A stretch of DNA of 64,000 bases, taken from Firmicutes bacterium UBA5493 (lineage in GTDB: Bacteria > Bacillota > Limnochordia > Darwinibacteriales > Darwinibacteriaceae). Location of the stretch: positions 13,484 through 77,483 of the forward strand of contig DIPH01000001.1 in assembly GCA_002424045.1 (NCBI GenBank). The letters run 5' to 3'. Positions 38,847-47,582 of the stretch are shown piece after piece. Both the position numbers and the translations under genes were made by a program. The notes under the pieces were generated by a model that was not told the origin of the DNA, made no database searches, and was given only the letters and a program-made list of their open reading frames with translations. Each line of letters begins with the position of its first letter. Within the stretch, counting starts at the first letter, position 1.

Positions 38847-39726
38847 ATAGGCGGTATTTTTCCCGCATTTCCTTGTAAAGTCTCTTACCCGTTGGGCTAG
38901 CGGCCAATCCTCCCATAGAGGTCTCCCGCAAACTCTCCGGCATAGCCTTGCCAATTTGTTTCATGGCCACAACGGTTTCGTCATAGGGAATCACACCTGG
39001 AATCCCGGCTAAGGCCATATTCGCAGCCACAACTGCAGTCGTGGCCGAGGTCGCATTGCGCGTGACGCAAGGGACTTCAACGAGGGAAGCCAAGGGATCA
39101 CACACCAAGCCCAAATGGCTTTGCAGCGCTAGGGAAGCCGCCCCAAAAACCTGTTCACCTGAACCGCCCATCAAATGGACAATGGCTCCTGCTGCCATGG
39201 CTGAGGCTACACCACATTCGCTTTGGCATCCAGCTTCGGCACCGCTAATGGGACCTTGGGAGGCGGACACGATCCCCACTCCACCCATAACCAAAAGGGC
39301 TTCAATGAGTTCTTCGTCACTGCTACCCACTTCTTCGGCAACAGCAAGCATTGCGCCTGGAACAACGCCACAGGCTCCTGCAGTAGGGCAGGCCACAATT
39401 CTGCCTAAACCGGCATTATACTGTCCGACAGCCAAGGCATAGAGTATGACATTGTGGAAAAGAGAACCACCCAAAACCCGTCCCTCTCTACTGGCCTCGT
39501 TAAACAAGTGACCATAGCCGGTAATGATGTGGGTCCTCTCCCCTTTATCTTGAATGCCGTTTTCCACCGCAGCGCGCATCACCTTTAGTGTTTCCCGCAT
39601 CTGCTTGCGCACCTCTTCACAAGACGTATTGCTACGAAACGCCTCGTATTCGGCAACAACCTGAGCGAGATCCTGATCGCGCTCCGTACACAGTTCTAGT
39701 AACTGACTTGCACTGGTAATATCCAC
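38845..39726 (-). CDS. sdaAA: L-serine dehydratase, iron-sulfur-dependent, alpha subunit
   Basis: 293 aa. Cys residues in a Gly-rich catalytic region. Immediately downstream of the beta subunit. Confidence 0.85.
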   Translation of the reverse strand: MDITSASQLLELCTERDQDLAQVVAEYEAFRSNTSCEEVRKQMRETLKVMRAAVENGIQDKGERTHIITGYGHLFNEASREGRVLGGSLFHNVILYALAVGQYNAGLGRIVACPTAGACGVVPGAMLAVAEEVGSSDEELIEALLVMGGVGIVSASQGPISGAEAGCQSECGVASAMAAGAIVHLMGGSGEQVFGAASLALQSHLGLVCDPLASLVEVPCVTRNATSATTAVVAANMALAGIPGVIPYDETVVAMKQIGKAMPESLRETSMGGLAASPTGKRLYKEMREKYRL

Positions 39727-39736
39727 ACAAATCCCC

Positions 39737-40408
39737 CTAAAAACGCGGTAGTATTCTGACCACGATGACGCCAGGTATCCTCATCACATGTTGCAGCGCT
39801 AAATCTGGAATCAGATCATCCGTTTCGGCTAGTAATAGTGCCTTTGACCCACGGGTCTTACGGCTTACATCCAAAAATGCAATATTGATCCCATGAATGG
39901 CTAACACCTTCGTGACTTCGGCGATCACTCCCGGTTCATCCCGGTGCATGGTCATAAGTGTTGTATATGTACCATCGACCCCTACGTCAAAACCGTTGAC
40001 CTCAAAAATATTAATGCGTCCACCGCCCACCGAAGCCCCCGCGATCACTACCTTGTCTTCGGATCCTTCAGCCTGAATGCGCACCGAATTAGGGTGTACG
40101 TCTCCTAAATCGCCATGTTCAAACGTGTATTCTAAACCAGCTTCCTCTGCTATTTCTAGCGCATGGGGAATCCGTTCATCATCCATGGCCATCCCCAAGA
40201 GACCTGCAATGAGGGCCACATCTGTGCGATGCCCCCAGTAGGTAGCAGCAAAAGAACCATGGAGGGTGACCTGAGCCTTGGTAACATCTTTGCCAAGGAT
40301 TCTCCGTGTGGCTAGACCCAAACGTACCGCTCCAGCCGTATGCGAGCTTGACGGGCCTACCATAATCGGACCAACAACATCAAACAAACCGATTCGTGCC
40401 ATAGGCAT
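39737..40408 (-). CDS. sdaAB: L-serine dehydratase, iron-sulfur-dependent, beta subunit
   Basis: 223 aa. N-terminal GPIMVGPSSSHTAGA and a C-terminal ACT-like region. Confidence 0.85.
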   Translation of the reverse strand: MPMARIGLFDVVGPIMVGPSSSHTAGAVRLGLATRRILGKDVTKAQVTLHGSFAATYWGHRTDVALIAGLLGMAMDDERIPHALEIAEEAGLEYTFEHGDLGDVHPNSVRIQAEGSEDKVVIAGASVGGGRINIFEVNGFDVGVDGTYTTLMTMHRDEPGVIAEVTKVLAIHGINIAFLDVSRKTRGSKALLLAETDDLIPDLALQHVMRIPGVIVVRILPRF

Positions 40409-40520
40409 TCATCACCTCAATTCATCATACACTTTTTATCATACACTTTTTCCTGTATGTTTTCTACACCAACTAAAAAGTCCCTAGCTAACCCATCTTT
40501 GGTTAGCCAAGGACTCTTTC

Positions 40521-40733
40521 TTACGTTTGATCCAAATTGGTGAGTTGTTCCCAGAAAATGTCCAGCTCACATGTTTCTTCCTCGCCTTGCCAGTGTAGGC
40601 AGCTCTCACAACTTCGTTCTGCATCCCCATCTTCTGCATCATAGGCACTACACGTTTGTCCAACATGACGCATTTCCATTAAACTCGGCACAGGCAACAG
40701 CTCCTCTTGCTCCTTTTTAGCTAGTATGACCAT
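40521..40733 (-). CDS. questionable small acidic Cys-containing ORF (70 aa); may instead mark a non-coding transcript
   Basis: ORF-track entry. Flanked by a hairpin plus T-run downstream on the minus strand (40476-40515, then TTTTT) and by the FMN-protein terminator upstream. No RBS at any in-frame start. Confidence 0.2.
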   Translation of the reverse strand: MVILAKKEQEELLPVPSLMEMRHVGQTCSAYDAEDGDAERSCESCLHWQGEEETCELDIFWEQLTNLDQT

Positions 40734-40751
40734 TGGCCGAAAAAGTATGAA

Positions 40752-40778
40752 AGGGTCTCCCTAGGGAGACCCTTCTCA
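40752..40778 (-). terminator. rho-independent terminator of the FMN-binding exoprotein gene
   Basis: Perfect palindrome GGGTCTCCCtagGGGAGACCC, 12 nt after the stop, followed by TTCATACTTTTT on the minus strand. Confidence 0.6.
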
Positions 40779-40790
40779 TTGTAGCGTGAC

Positions 40791-41732
40791 TTAGTTAACT
40801 GCATCTTCCACTGCAGCTAGAACCGCTTTACTGGTAACTGTAGCTCCGCTTACGGCATCTACAGGACCTTGTGCTTCGATGATGGCTGAGGGAAGTGTCT
40901 CCAAGGCGCTATTGGCAATAAAGGGGGTTTCGCTATTCTCTACAATTACGATTTCGGTGATCTTACCCCCACTGACTGTTACATCAAGGACAAGCTCTCC
41001 ACCAAAGCCTTGAGCGCTGCCGCGATGTGTACCATCGCCTACATTAATTTCAAATGCTGTACTGGTGACAGTCTCTTCCTCTTCGGCAGGTTCTTCCACA
41101 ACACCTGTACCAGTTAGCGCGTTCTCCACAGCTTCGATAAGGGCCATGCTCGTATATGTTGCGCCACTTACCACTTCAACATGGGCACTTTGGGTTTGTA
41201 CAATGGTCGCAGTCAGTTCCTCAATAGCTGCGTCAGCCACAAAGGGGGTTTCCTGGTGCGGCCTCACCGTGACATCGCTGATTTTTCCGTCACTAATGGT
41301 CACATCCACAATCAAGTCACCGCCGAAACCTTGGGCACTACCGGCATAAACTCCATCTTCATACTTTCCTTGGGCCTTCTGTAAAGCCTGTTCCACAGCT
41401 GTCAAAAGAGCTTGGCTTGTGACTGTGGCGCCGCTCACGGCTTGAACATTAATACTTTGGGATTGTACGATACTCGCTGTTAATTCCTCGATAGCTGATT
41501 CTGCAACAAAGGGTGTTTCCTGGTGCGGTCTCACCTTGACATCACTGATTTTTCCACCACTAATGGCCACATCTACGACTAAGTCACCGCCGAAACCTTT
41601 AGCCGTACCAGCATAGACGCCGTCTCTCATTACATCGGCCTGGGTCGACATAGACCAAACCACAGCGGACACTAAAAGCAAACCAATGAATAATACCAAA
41701 CTAATGTTTCTCCTCGTGCGCATTGTAAGCAC
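40791..41732 (-). CDS. secreted or anchored protein with three tandem FMN-binding (FMN_bind/NqrC-RnfG-like) domains, each carrying an SGAT flavinylation motif
   Basis: 313 aa. N-terminal signal/anchor, then three ~85 aa repeats of GFGGxLxVDVxISxGKIxDVxV...ETPF...VSGAT[VY]TS. GTG start with an AAGGGGG RBS. Confidence 0.8.
   Translation of the reverse strand: MLTMRTRRNISLVLFIGLLLVSAVVWSMSTQADVMRDGVYAGTAKGFGGDLVVDVAISGGKISDVKVRPHQETPFVAESAIEELTASIVQSQSINVQAVSGATVTSQALLTAVEQALQKAQGKYEDGVYAGSAQGFGGDLIVDVTISDGKISDVTVRPHQETPFVADAAIEELTATIVQTQSAHVEVVSGATYTSMALIEAVENALTGTGVVEEPAEEEETVTSTAFEINVGDGTHRGSAQGFGGELVLDVTVSGGKITEIVIVENSETPFIANSALETLPSAIIEAQGPVDAVSGATVTSKAVLAAVEDAVN
40900..41640. repeat. three tandem ~240-nt intragenic direct repeats encoding the FMN-binding domains
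   Basis: Coding blocks at about 41283-41362 and 41523-41600 are about 85% identical at the DNA level (period 240 nt). The third copy (about 40900-41040) is more diverged. Confidence 0.7.
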
Positions 41733-41765
41733 TAGTAAACCCCCTTATATTTCTAATGATTCTAG

Positions 41766-42896
41766 TTAGAACTCTTCGCCAGCCCGGTCAGCCCACAGTC
41801 TGATAAACTCTAGAAGCTGATCCCGAGAAGGGCTATGCATGTGGCGAACGTAAAAACCCGACGTCGCCTTGCCTACAGCCAACGATTCCTCCACGCCTAA
41901 CTGTAACATTAATCCTAGGCAAAATCCAGCATTAAAGTTGTCCCCTGCTCCGGTTGTCAGGCGCGGTTTCGATGTGAATGGACCTTCCACGTAGAAGTAC
42001 TCTCCATCCACATAAGCACCAGCTTCAAAAGTGGGGTGCACCATGACACACCACAGTCCTAAATCTGCACCCAGGGCCCTAACGATTTCCTCTAAATCTG
42101 CGTCTTCCACCGGTTTGCTGAGGGTCAAGCCCCGCACGGAGGCGATCTCTGATGCCTCTTTGCGATTAAGACCAAGGATCACCCGGTAGTAGGTAGAAAA
42201 CCGACCAATGACCTCCAGGGCCTCGCAAATGTCCCCAGGGCTGCGTTTACTCGGATCAGCCAAGTCCACGAAAAAATACGGCCGATAACCATCGGGCTGG
42301 GGACTACAAAGAGCCAGTAAGCCAGCCCAAATTTCGTTCATGTAAGGAGTCATGGTCCAATTCACCGTAGCCACCAAATCAGCTCCGCTAAAGATCCTCT
42401 TGAGCTGGTGGTTATCTACCTCTTTTTGAAGCGTTGCCCAATTCACATCGTTCAAAGACTCCATTTTTCCAAGCATCACCTTACCATCATCAAACTCTAC
42501 AGCATCAGTGTGACCCGGTTCTGCGATGGAAAAGACCTGCGTGCATCCATCTGTGAGTTCGGTAAAAACAGGATGAATATTGGGGGATCCCAGAGAACCA
42601 ACATACGATACACTGGTTCCTGCCTTCACCAAGGCATTCGCCATGATGGGCCCGTTCCCACCAAGCTTCATGGTTTTTGGAACAAACTCAATATTGGTGC
42701 TGAGACCCGCGGCCTTGGAAATACGCTCCCCAAACTGGCGTATATTCGTCATTCGTGTATATGAGTCAAAGGATTGCCTACGATCAACTACTTCTACGAT
42801 CTCATCAACAAATCCATCAAACCCGATGGCCACGGAGAATCGGGCGGGATCGAGATTTTGCATGCGCTGATATAGTTGCCTTAATTTTACTTGCAT
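41766..42896 (-). CDS. PfkB-family carbohydrate/nucleoside kinase with an N-terminal extension
   Basis: Motifs GGNGPIMANALVKAG (N-terminal GG) and TGAGDNFNAGF (the DTxGAGD anion hole). 376 aa. Confidence 0.72.
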   Translation of the reverse strand: MQVKLRQLYQRMQNLDPARFSVAIGFDGFVDEIVEVVDRRQSFDSYTRMTNIRQFGERISKAAGLSTNIEFVPKTMKLGGNGPIMANALVKAGTSVSYVGSLGSPNIHPVFTELTDGCTQVFSIAEPGHTDAVEFDDGKVMLGKMESLNDVNWATLQKEVDNHQLKRIFSGADLVATVNWTMTPYMNEIWAGLLALCSPQPDGYRPYFFVDLADPSKRSPGDICEALEVIGRFSTYYRVILGLNRKEASEIASVRGLTLSKPVEDADLEEIVRALGADLGLWCVMVHPTFEAGAYVDGEYFYVEGPFTSKPRLTTGAGDNFNAGFCLGLMLQLGVEESLAVGKATSGFYVRHMHSPSRDQLLEFIRLWADRAGEEF

Positions 42897-42981
42897 CTCT
42901 GTCCATTTACCTCCTAGAACAAGCTCTACTCACATTTCTCGATCTAGGGACAATTTCCTCCTGAAGATTATCAACAGTCTC

Positions 42982-43800
42982 CTAGTTCACTAAGAAGATC
43001 ACCGCATAACGGGCAAAGAAGTCATACTGCACCATGGCCTCCAAAACCCGGCGAGTGTCTTCTTCACTAATATACACCCCGGTCTGGGCTGCATCGGCCA
43101 CCGCAAGCGCCTCCACCACCAGTGGAGCCACATAGGGATAATCAGAATCCACAGCTATACGGCTCAAAAGGTCAGAGGTTAACTCCGAACCATAGCCCAC
43201 CACTCCCTGATCCTGCACAAAATCTTGTCCCGCCAAAACGCCACCATAGAGAAGTTGACCTGATTCGCTATAAATGCGGGGGCTCATTCCCCTTCTTACC
43301 TCGAGGTGGCGGGCATCAATTACCAAACCCGTATAAAAGGTGCCTTGCGTGGCAAGCTTTTCGCTCCAATACTCATACATCTGCTGGGACGAGGCGTAGC
43401 TCCGTTCCACCTTCAGATCCTTCCAATAGTAACGTCCTTCTTTGTCAGCTGTTACCACAAGCTCAAAGCGTCCTGGGCTAGGAGTGGTGTGTACTTCGGG
43501 CACGCTCAAGGTTGTCCAACCCCCACCTCCAACTAACTCGTGTCGTGATATATGATGCTCGGTTACTTCATTATTGTTCTTGATGTGGCATAGAGTCATA
43601 GTAACGGATGCATCAGCCAAGTCGGTGCGTAAAGCCATGCTAATCACATAGCTCTTTCCTGCCTCCAAAGGCAAATCAAAGCGAAATTCCTGCCCGGCAC
43701 CGAGCATTAAGGATGTACCCATTGCCATAACACCGCCACTTTCAGTCAATAAAAGGAACAATAACATTGAACCTGTAAGAATGTGAAAGAACTTTTTCAA
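42982..43800 (-). CDS. hypothetical secreted protein
   Basis: N-terminal signal peptide MKKFFHILTGSMLLFLLL. No recognisable family. Confidence 0.55.
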   Translation of the reverse strand: MKKFFHILTGSMLLFLLLTESGGVMAMGTSLMLGAGQEFRFDLPLEAGKSYVISMALRTDLADASVTMTLCHIKNNNEVTEHHISRHELVGGGGWTTLSVPEVHTTPSPGRFELVVTADKEGRYYWKDLKVERSYASSQQMYEYWSEKLATQGTFYTGLVIDARHLEVRRGMSPRIYSESGQLLYGGVLAGQDFVQDQGVVGYGSELTSDLLSRIAVDSDYPYVAPLVVEALAVADAAQTGVYISEEDTRRVLEAMVQYDFFARYAVIFLVN

Positions 43801-43890
43801 AACAGAACCTCCATCTGGGGCGAATTTCCATTCGTGCCGATTTCCCCCTTAGCCTATACAATAAACTTACCACAAAAGGGGGAGTTTTTC

Positions 43891-44520
43891 TTGACTAGAA
43901 AATACTGGATTCTTTTTATCCTTGTACTTATTGCCCTGCCTATTACAGGATGTTCGTCCATTGCAGATCAGGGTGGGGGGGTGCCGTGGAAACCGCAACC
44001 TCTCTGGCTAACGGATGGTTTTGACTTTCCCGTAGGTAACCCCGATGGACGGGGCTGGTCGATCACAGGCTACAATTTCTTGAGTTGGAGCACGTATAGT
44101 AATTCTTACCACCCAGGGGAAGACTGGAATATTCCAGGCGCCGGCAACGGTGATCATGGTGAACCGGTCTATTCTGTGGCCAATGGAAAAGTCGTCTTCT
44201 CTGGATGGAACACAGCCCTGGGTAACGTTATCTTAATCAAACACTCCATTTCTCCCGAGGATTTCGTATGGTCCCAGTACGCCCACCTAGATGAGCTCTG
44301 GGTATCCAAGGGAGAGCTAGTGGCTCGCCGCCAACCCATAGGCACTGTAGGCCGGGGTCCCAATAATCGTTTCGCCGCCCATCTCCACTTTGAGATGCGC
44401 AAGGAAGATCTTCCAGCCAACGCCTGGCCGCGAACGAATGGAGTGGCTTGGCCACGCTCGAGGGTAACAGATTATTGGCTCCATCCAACTTCCTTTATAA
44501 ATCAAAACAGACCACAATAG
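43891..44520 (+). CDS. M23-family peptidase lipoprotein
   Basis: Lipobox LPITGC. Motifs HPGEDW and HLHFE (the HxxxD / HxH zinc ligands). TTG 43891 with an AAGGGGGAG RBS; the ORF-track start at 43783 would overlap the neighbouring gene. Confidence 0.68.
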   Translation: MTRKYWILFILVLIALPITGCSSIADQGGGVPWKPQPLWLTDGFDFPVGNPDGRGWSITGYNFLSWSTYSNSYHPGEDWNIPGAGNGDHGEPVYSVANGKVVFSGWNTALGNVILIKHSISPEDFVWSQYAHLDELWVSKGELVARRQPIGTVGRGPNNRFAAHLHFEMRKEDLPANAWPRTNGVAWPRSRVTDYWLHPTSFINQNRPQ

Positions 44521-44565
44521 CGTTTTATGCTAGAATATAGATAGCAAGAGTGAGGAGGCGCTACT

Positions 44566-45432
44566 ATGTTCCTTAAAGATTACCCTCTATCTAAGGTCAC
44601 GTCGCTAGGGGTGGGAGGACCGGCCGACTTCTTCATCCAGCCAAAGTCCACCCACGAGGTTGTCCAGGCCCAAAACTTTTCAGCAGAGAAAGGGTTACCC
44701 CTGACCATTATCGGGTATGGTACAAATCTCTTGATTCGCGACGGGGGAATTCGAGGGGTTGTCCTGCAAATGGCCCAGGCCTTTGCGGGAGCCAAGGTAG
44801 AAGGCACCATCCTCACTGCCCAGGCTGGATGTCTCCTAGGCTCCTTAAGCAAACTGGCCCTACATCACCACCTCAGCGGTCTGGAGTTCGCCGTGGGTAT
44901 ACCCGGTGGATTAGGAGGAGCCGCCTTTATGAATGCCGGTGCCTATGGCGGTGAAATTGGGCCTCTGATCCGCAGCATACAGTACGTCCAAAACGGACAG
45001 CCCGGCACCTGGAACCGTGACGAATTTTATTTTTCCTATCGGTCCAGTCGCCTCCAGGGTGATGCCAAGGGCGCCATCGTTACCCAAGCGGAACTCGAAC
45101 TTACCCCTGGAGAGCCTTGCGACATTTTTCAAAAAATGGACGATTTTCAAAACCAAAGACGTAGCAAGCAGCCACTAGAATACCCCAGCGCCGGTAGCAC
45201 ATTCAAACGTCCTCCAGGACACTACGTGGGACCACTGATCGAGAAGGCGGGACTGAAGGGTTTTAGGATCGGTGGAGCCCAAGTATCCACCAAGCACGCG
45301 GGCTTCATTATCAAGACCGGCGAGGCCACAGCCCAGGACTTCTTGGACTTGATCGCCAAAATCCAAGATACGATCCGGCAAGGCTTCGGCGTTCAGCTCG
45401 AACCGGAAATTCGCATACTTGGAGAAGATTAA
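44566..45432 (+). CDS. murB: UDP-N-acetylenolpyruvoylglucosamine reductase
   Basis: FAD-binding N-terminus LGVGGPADFF...IIGYGTNLL. 288 aa. Confidence 0.9.
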   Translation: MFLKDYPLSKVTSLGVGGPADFFIQPKSTHEVVQAQNFSAEKGLPLTIIGYGTNLLIRDGGIRGVVLQMAQAFAGAKVEGTILTAQAGCLLGSLSKLALHHHLSGLEFAVGIPGGLGGAAFMNAGAYGGEIGPLIRSIQYVQNGQPGTWNRDEFYFSYRSSRLQGDAKGAIVTQAELELTPGEPCDIFQKMDDFQNQRRSKQPLEYPSAGSTFKRPPGHYVGPLIEKAGLKGFRIGGAQVSTKHAGFIIKTGEATAQDFLDLIAKIQDTIRQGFGVQLEPEIRILGED

Positions 45433-45445
45433 GACTACCTCCCAG

Positions 45446-46441
45446 TCATCGTTTGAGTTTTTCTACATTTTCTTTCACTTCTCTGTAGGTGGCAGGATTT
45501 AGATGGGCCTTTTCCAGAAGTCGCAACACCTCTTCCACCCTGCGGGTATCGAAAACCTGATCCTTTTTCACATAAGGTTTTCTGACTTGAAAACGTTTGT
45601 GGCCTTGTGACCGGTCATGAGCGCTTAAGTACAACTCCTCCTTGATCAATCGCCTGCAATACCCCACAGGGCAATGCTCATTACGGCACATCTTTTCATG
45701 GAGACAGAGTTCGTCTAAGGCCTTATCTAGCGCCTGGAGGTGCCCCGCAACTGCTTTGAAGGTACCTGGCTTGACTACAGCTTGGCGCCTTTCCCTAAAG
45801 AGCGGGATCAACAGGGACATAAGCAGTGCTGCTAAGAACCCTAAGAACAAAATCGCATTTGGAACGGTCAGAAATCTATCGGGGACGGTCTGGGCTAGAT
45901 GAAAGAGGCCGAATCCTATAAACACAGCACTGGATATTAACTTGAGGGAAAAGTCGGGAATCCGCTCGCCAAGTTTACTACCAACTAAAATGGCAACTAG
46001 ACTCGTTAAGACCATGCCCAGCACAGTTCCAGCCAGAATTGCCCAGGGAAACAGAGCGTTCGATGCTAGAGCAATGGCGGTCAGTTGCGTCTTGTCGCCT
46101 AGTTCACCTAAAAAAAAAGCTAAGGCCACCACCAGTACAGGACTGGTAAAAGCCCTATTTGCACCGTGGCCCTCATCGTCTGTGCTCCTCAGTGTCCATA
46201 ATCCAAAACCCAGAAACAACAGAGCTGATCCGAAACGAATAGCCGATAACGGTACGATGTGGGCCAGATACGCCCCAATGATCACCGCTAAGCCGTGATT
46301 TAAAAAAGACCCGAGGGCTACCCCAGTCAGCACTTGTCCCACCGAAAACTGTAAAGCGAATGTCATGGCAAGTATTTGAGTTTTGTCTCCTAGTTCTGCG
46401 ATAAAAATCAAGCCTGCCGCTTTCCCTATTTCATAGAGCAT
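45446..46441 (-). CDS. UPF0016/GDT1-family (TMEM165-like) cation transporter fused to a C-terminal Cys/His-rich cytoplasmic domain
   Basis: Two E-x-G-D-K-[TS] signature motifs (ELGDKTQ twice) within two 3-TM repeats. Then an extra ~120 aa tail containing CLHEKMCRNEHCPVGYC. ATG 46441 with a GGAAGGGA RBS. Confidence 0.7.
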   Translation of the reverse strand: MLYEIGKAAGLIFIAELGDKTQILAMTFALQFSVGQVLTGVALGSFLNHGLAVIIGAYLAHIVPLSAIRFGSALLFLGFGLWTLRSTDDEGHGANRAFTSPVLVVALAFFLGELGDKTQLTAIALASNALFPWAILAGTVLGMVLTSLVAILVGSKLGERIPDFSLKLISSAVFIGFGLFHLAQTVPDRFLTVPNAILFLGFLAALLMSLLIPLFRERRQAVVKPGTFKAVAGHLQALDKALDELCLHEKMCRNEHCPVGYCRRLIKEELYLSAHDRSQGHKRFQVRKPYVKKDQVFDTRRVEEVLRLLEKAHLNPATYREVKENVEKLKR

Positions 46442-46556
46442 TATGTTCGTCCCTTCCAATAGACACAGTTAAGATTTCTTGACAAGAAACATGCGACTCT
46501 GGCAGGAATTTCGAACCTGCACAGGGTATAAGGATCTGCGAGGGGAGGTAATGAGA

Positions 46557-46766
46557 ATGAGCACCATGTTTAAGACCGGCGAATTTTTCGTGCGTCTTCG
46601 CGTTCAAGGAGAACGCCCCAAGTTAACAATCTGGAATCACAACGGCACAAAAATAATCAGTGAGTTTATTAGCAGCACTACACCAAATTTTTGGATCCAA
46701 ATCGGCAAGCTAACATCGCAGGACGTGGTTGATCAAGTTCAATCCCTACTTCAAAACGAAAAATAA
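46557..46766 (+). CDS. small hypothetical protein (69 aa) heading the cutC operon
   Basis: AGGGGAGG RBS 8 nt before ATG 46557. TTGACA at 46479-46484 upstream. No recognisable family. Confidence 0.35.
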   Translation: MSTMFKTGEFFVRLRVQGERPKLTIWNHNGTKIISEFISSTTPNFWIQIGKLTSQDVVDQVQSLLQNEK

Positions 46767-46835
46767 ACAACTGCTCCAATAAACAGCCTTGCCAGATCCG
46801 GCGAGGCTGGTTTTGCGTGGAAAGGAGACCTGAGA

Positions 46836-47582
46836 ATGCTCGTTGAAGTTGTTTGCTACACAATCGAAGATGTCTTTAGGGCCCGTAAGGCCAGAGCCCA
46901 CAGGGTAGAGCTCTGTGCAGATCCTGGTGCTGGCGGTACTACACCGAATTATGGGTTCATAAAGCAGAGCGCCAAATTTGACGATATTGATACCATGGTA
47001 ATGATACGCCCCCGAGGCGGTGATTTCCTCTATAACGGCCAGGAGATTTTGCAAATGGAAGACGATATCCGCCTGGCCGCTCAGTTAGGTGTACAGGGAG
47101 TAGTCTTTGGAGTACTCGATGAGACTGGCTCCTTCGATAGGCCTGCCATGTCACGCCTGGTTCGGCTTGCTAAGGGTCTACAGCTTGAGATCACGTGCCA
47201 CCGTGCCTTTGACGTGGCTCGCGATCCCCATGAATCCTTACAAATCTTGATAGAGTTGGGCGTGGATCGGCTCCTTACCTCAGGGCAACAGAAGACCGCG
47301 GTAGAAGGAATTCCCCTCATACGCGAACTCATAAAACGAGCTGAGGGGAGAATCTCCATTATGCCGGGAGGCGGCATTCGCCCTGAGCATGCAGGAGAGT
47401 TCCTCAAGCTAGATGTGGCAGAAATTCACACAGGAAGCAAGACTAAGGTTCCGTCCCGTATGAAATACGCCCCTTCCGACGTCAAGATGGGATCCGATGA
47501 TACCCAGGAGTATCACTGGTTCGTTGATGTAGAAGCAATCAAATCTATTGTAGAGACGGTGAGAGGTGAGCGCTTGTGCTAA
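46836..47582 (+). CDS. cutC: copper homeostasis protein CutC family (TIM barrel)
   Basis: N-terminus VEVVCYTIEDVFRARKARAHRVELCADPGAGGTTP matches the CutC pattern. AAAGGAGA RBS. Confidence 0.85.
   Translation: MLVEVVCYTIEDVFRARKARAHRVELCADPGAGGTTPNYGFIKQSAKFDDIDTMVMIRPRGGDFLYNGQEILQMEDDIRLAAQLGVQGVVFGVLDETGSFDRPAMSRLVRLAKGLQLEITCHRAFDVARDPHESLQILIELGVDRLLTSGQQKTAVEGIPLIRELIKRAEGRISIMPGGGIRPEHAGEFLKLDVAEIHTGSKTKVPSRMKYAPSDVKMGSDDTQEYHWFVDVEAIKSIVETVRGERLC

Noticed and set aside
39041-39442. 133-aa plus-strand ORF inside sdaAA
   Set aside because: Antisense to the conserved L-serine dehydratase alpha subunit. Ala/Pro-rich composition. Spurious.
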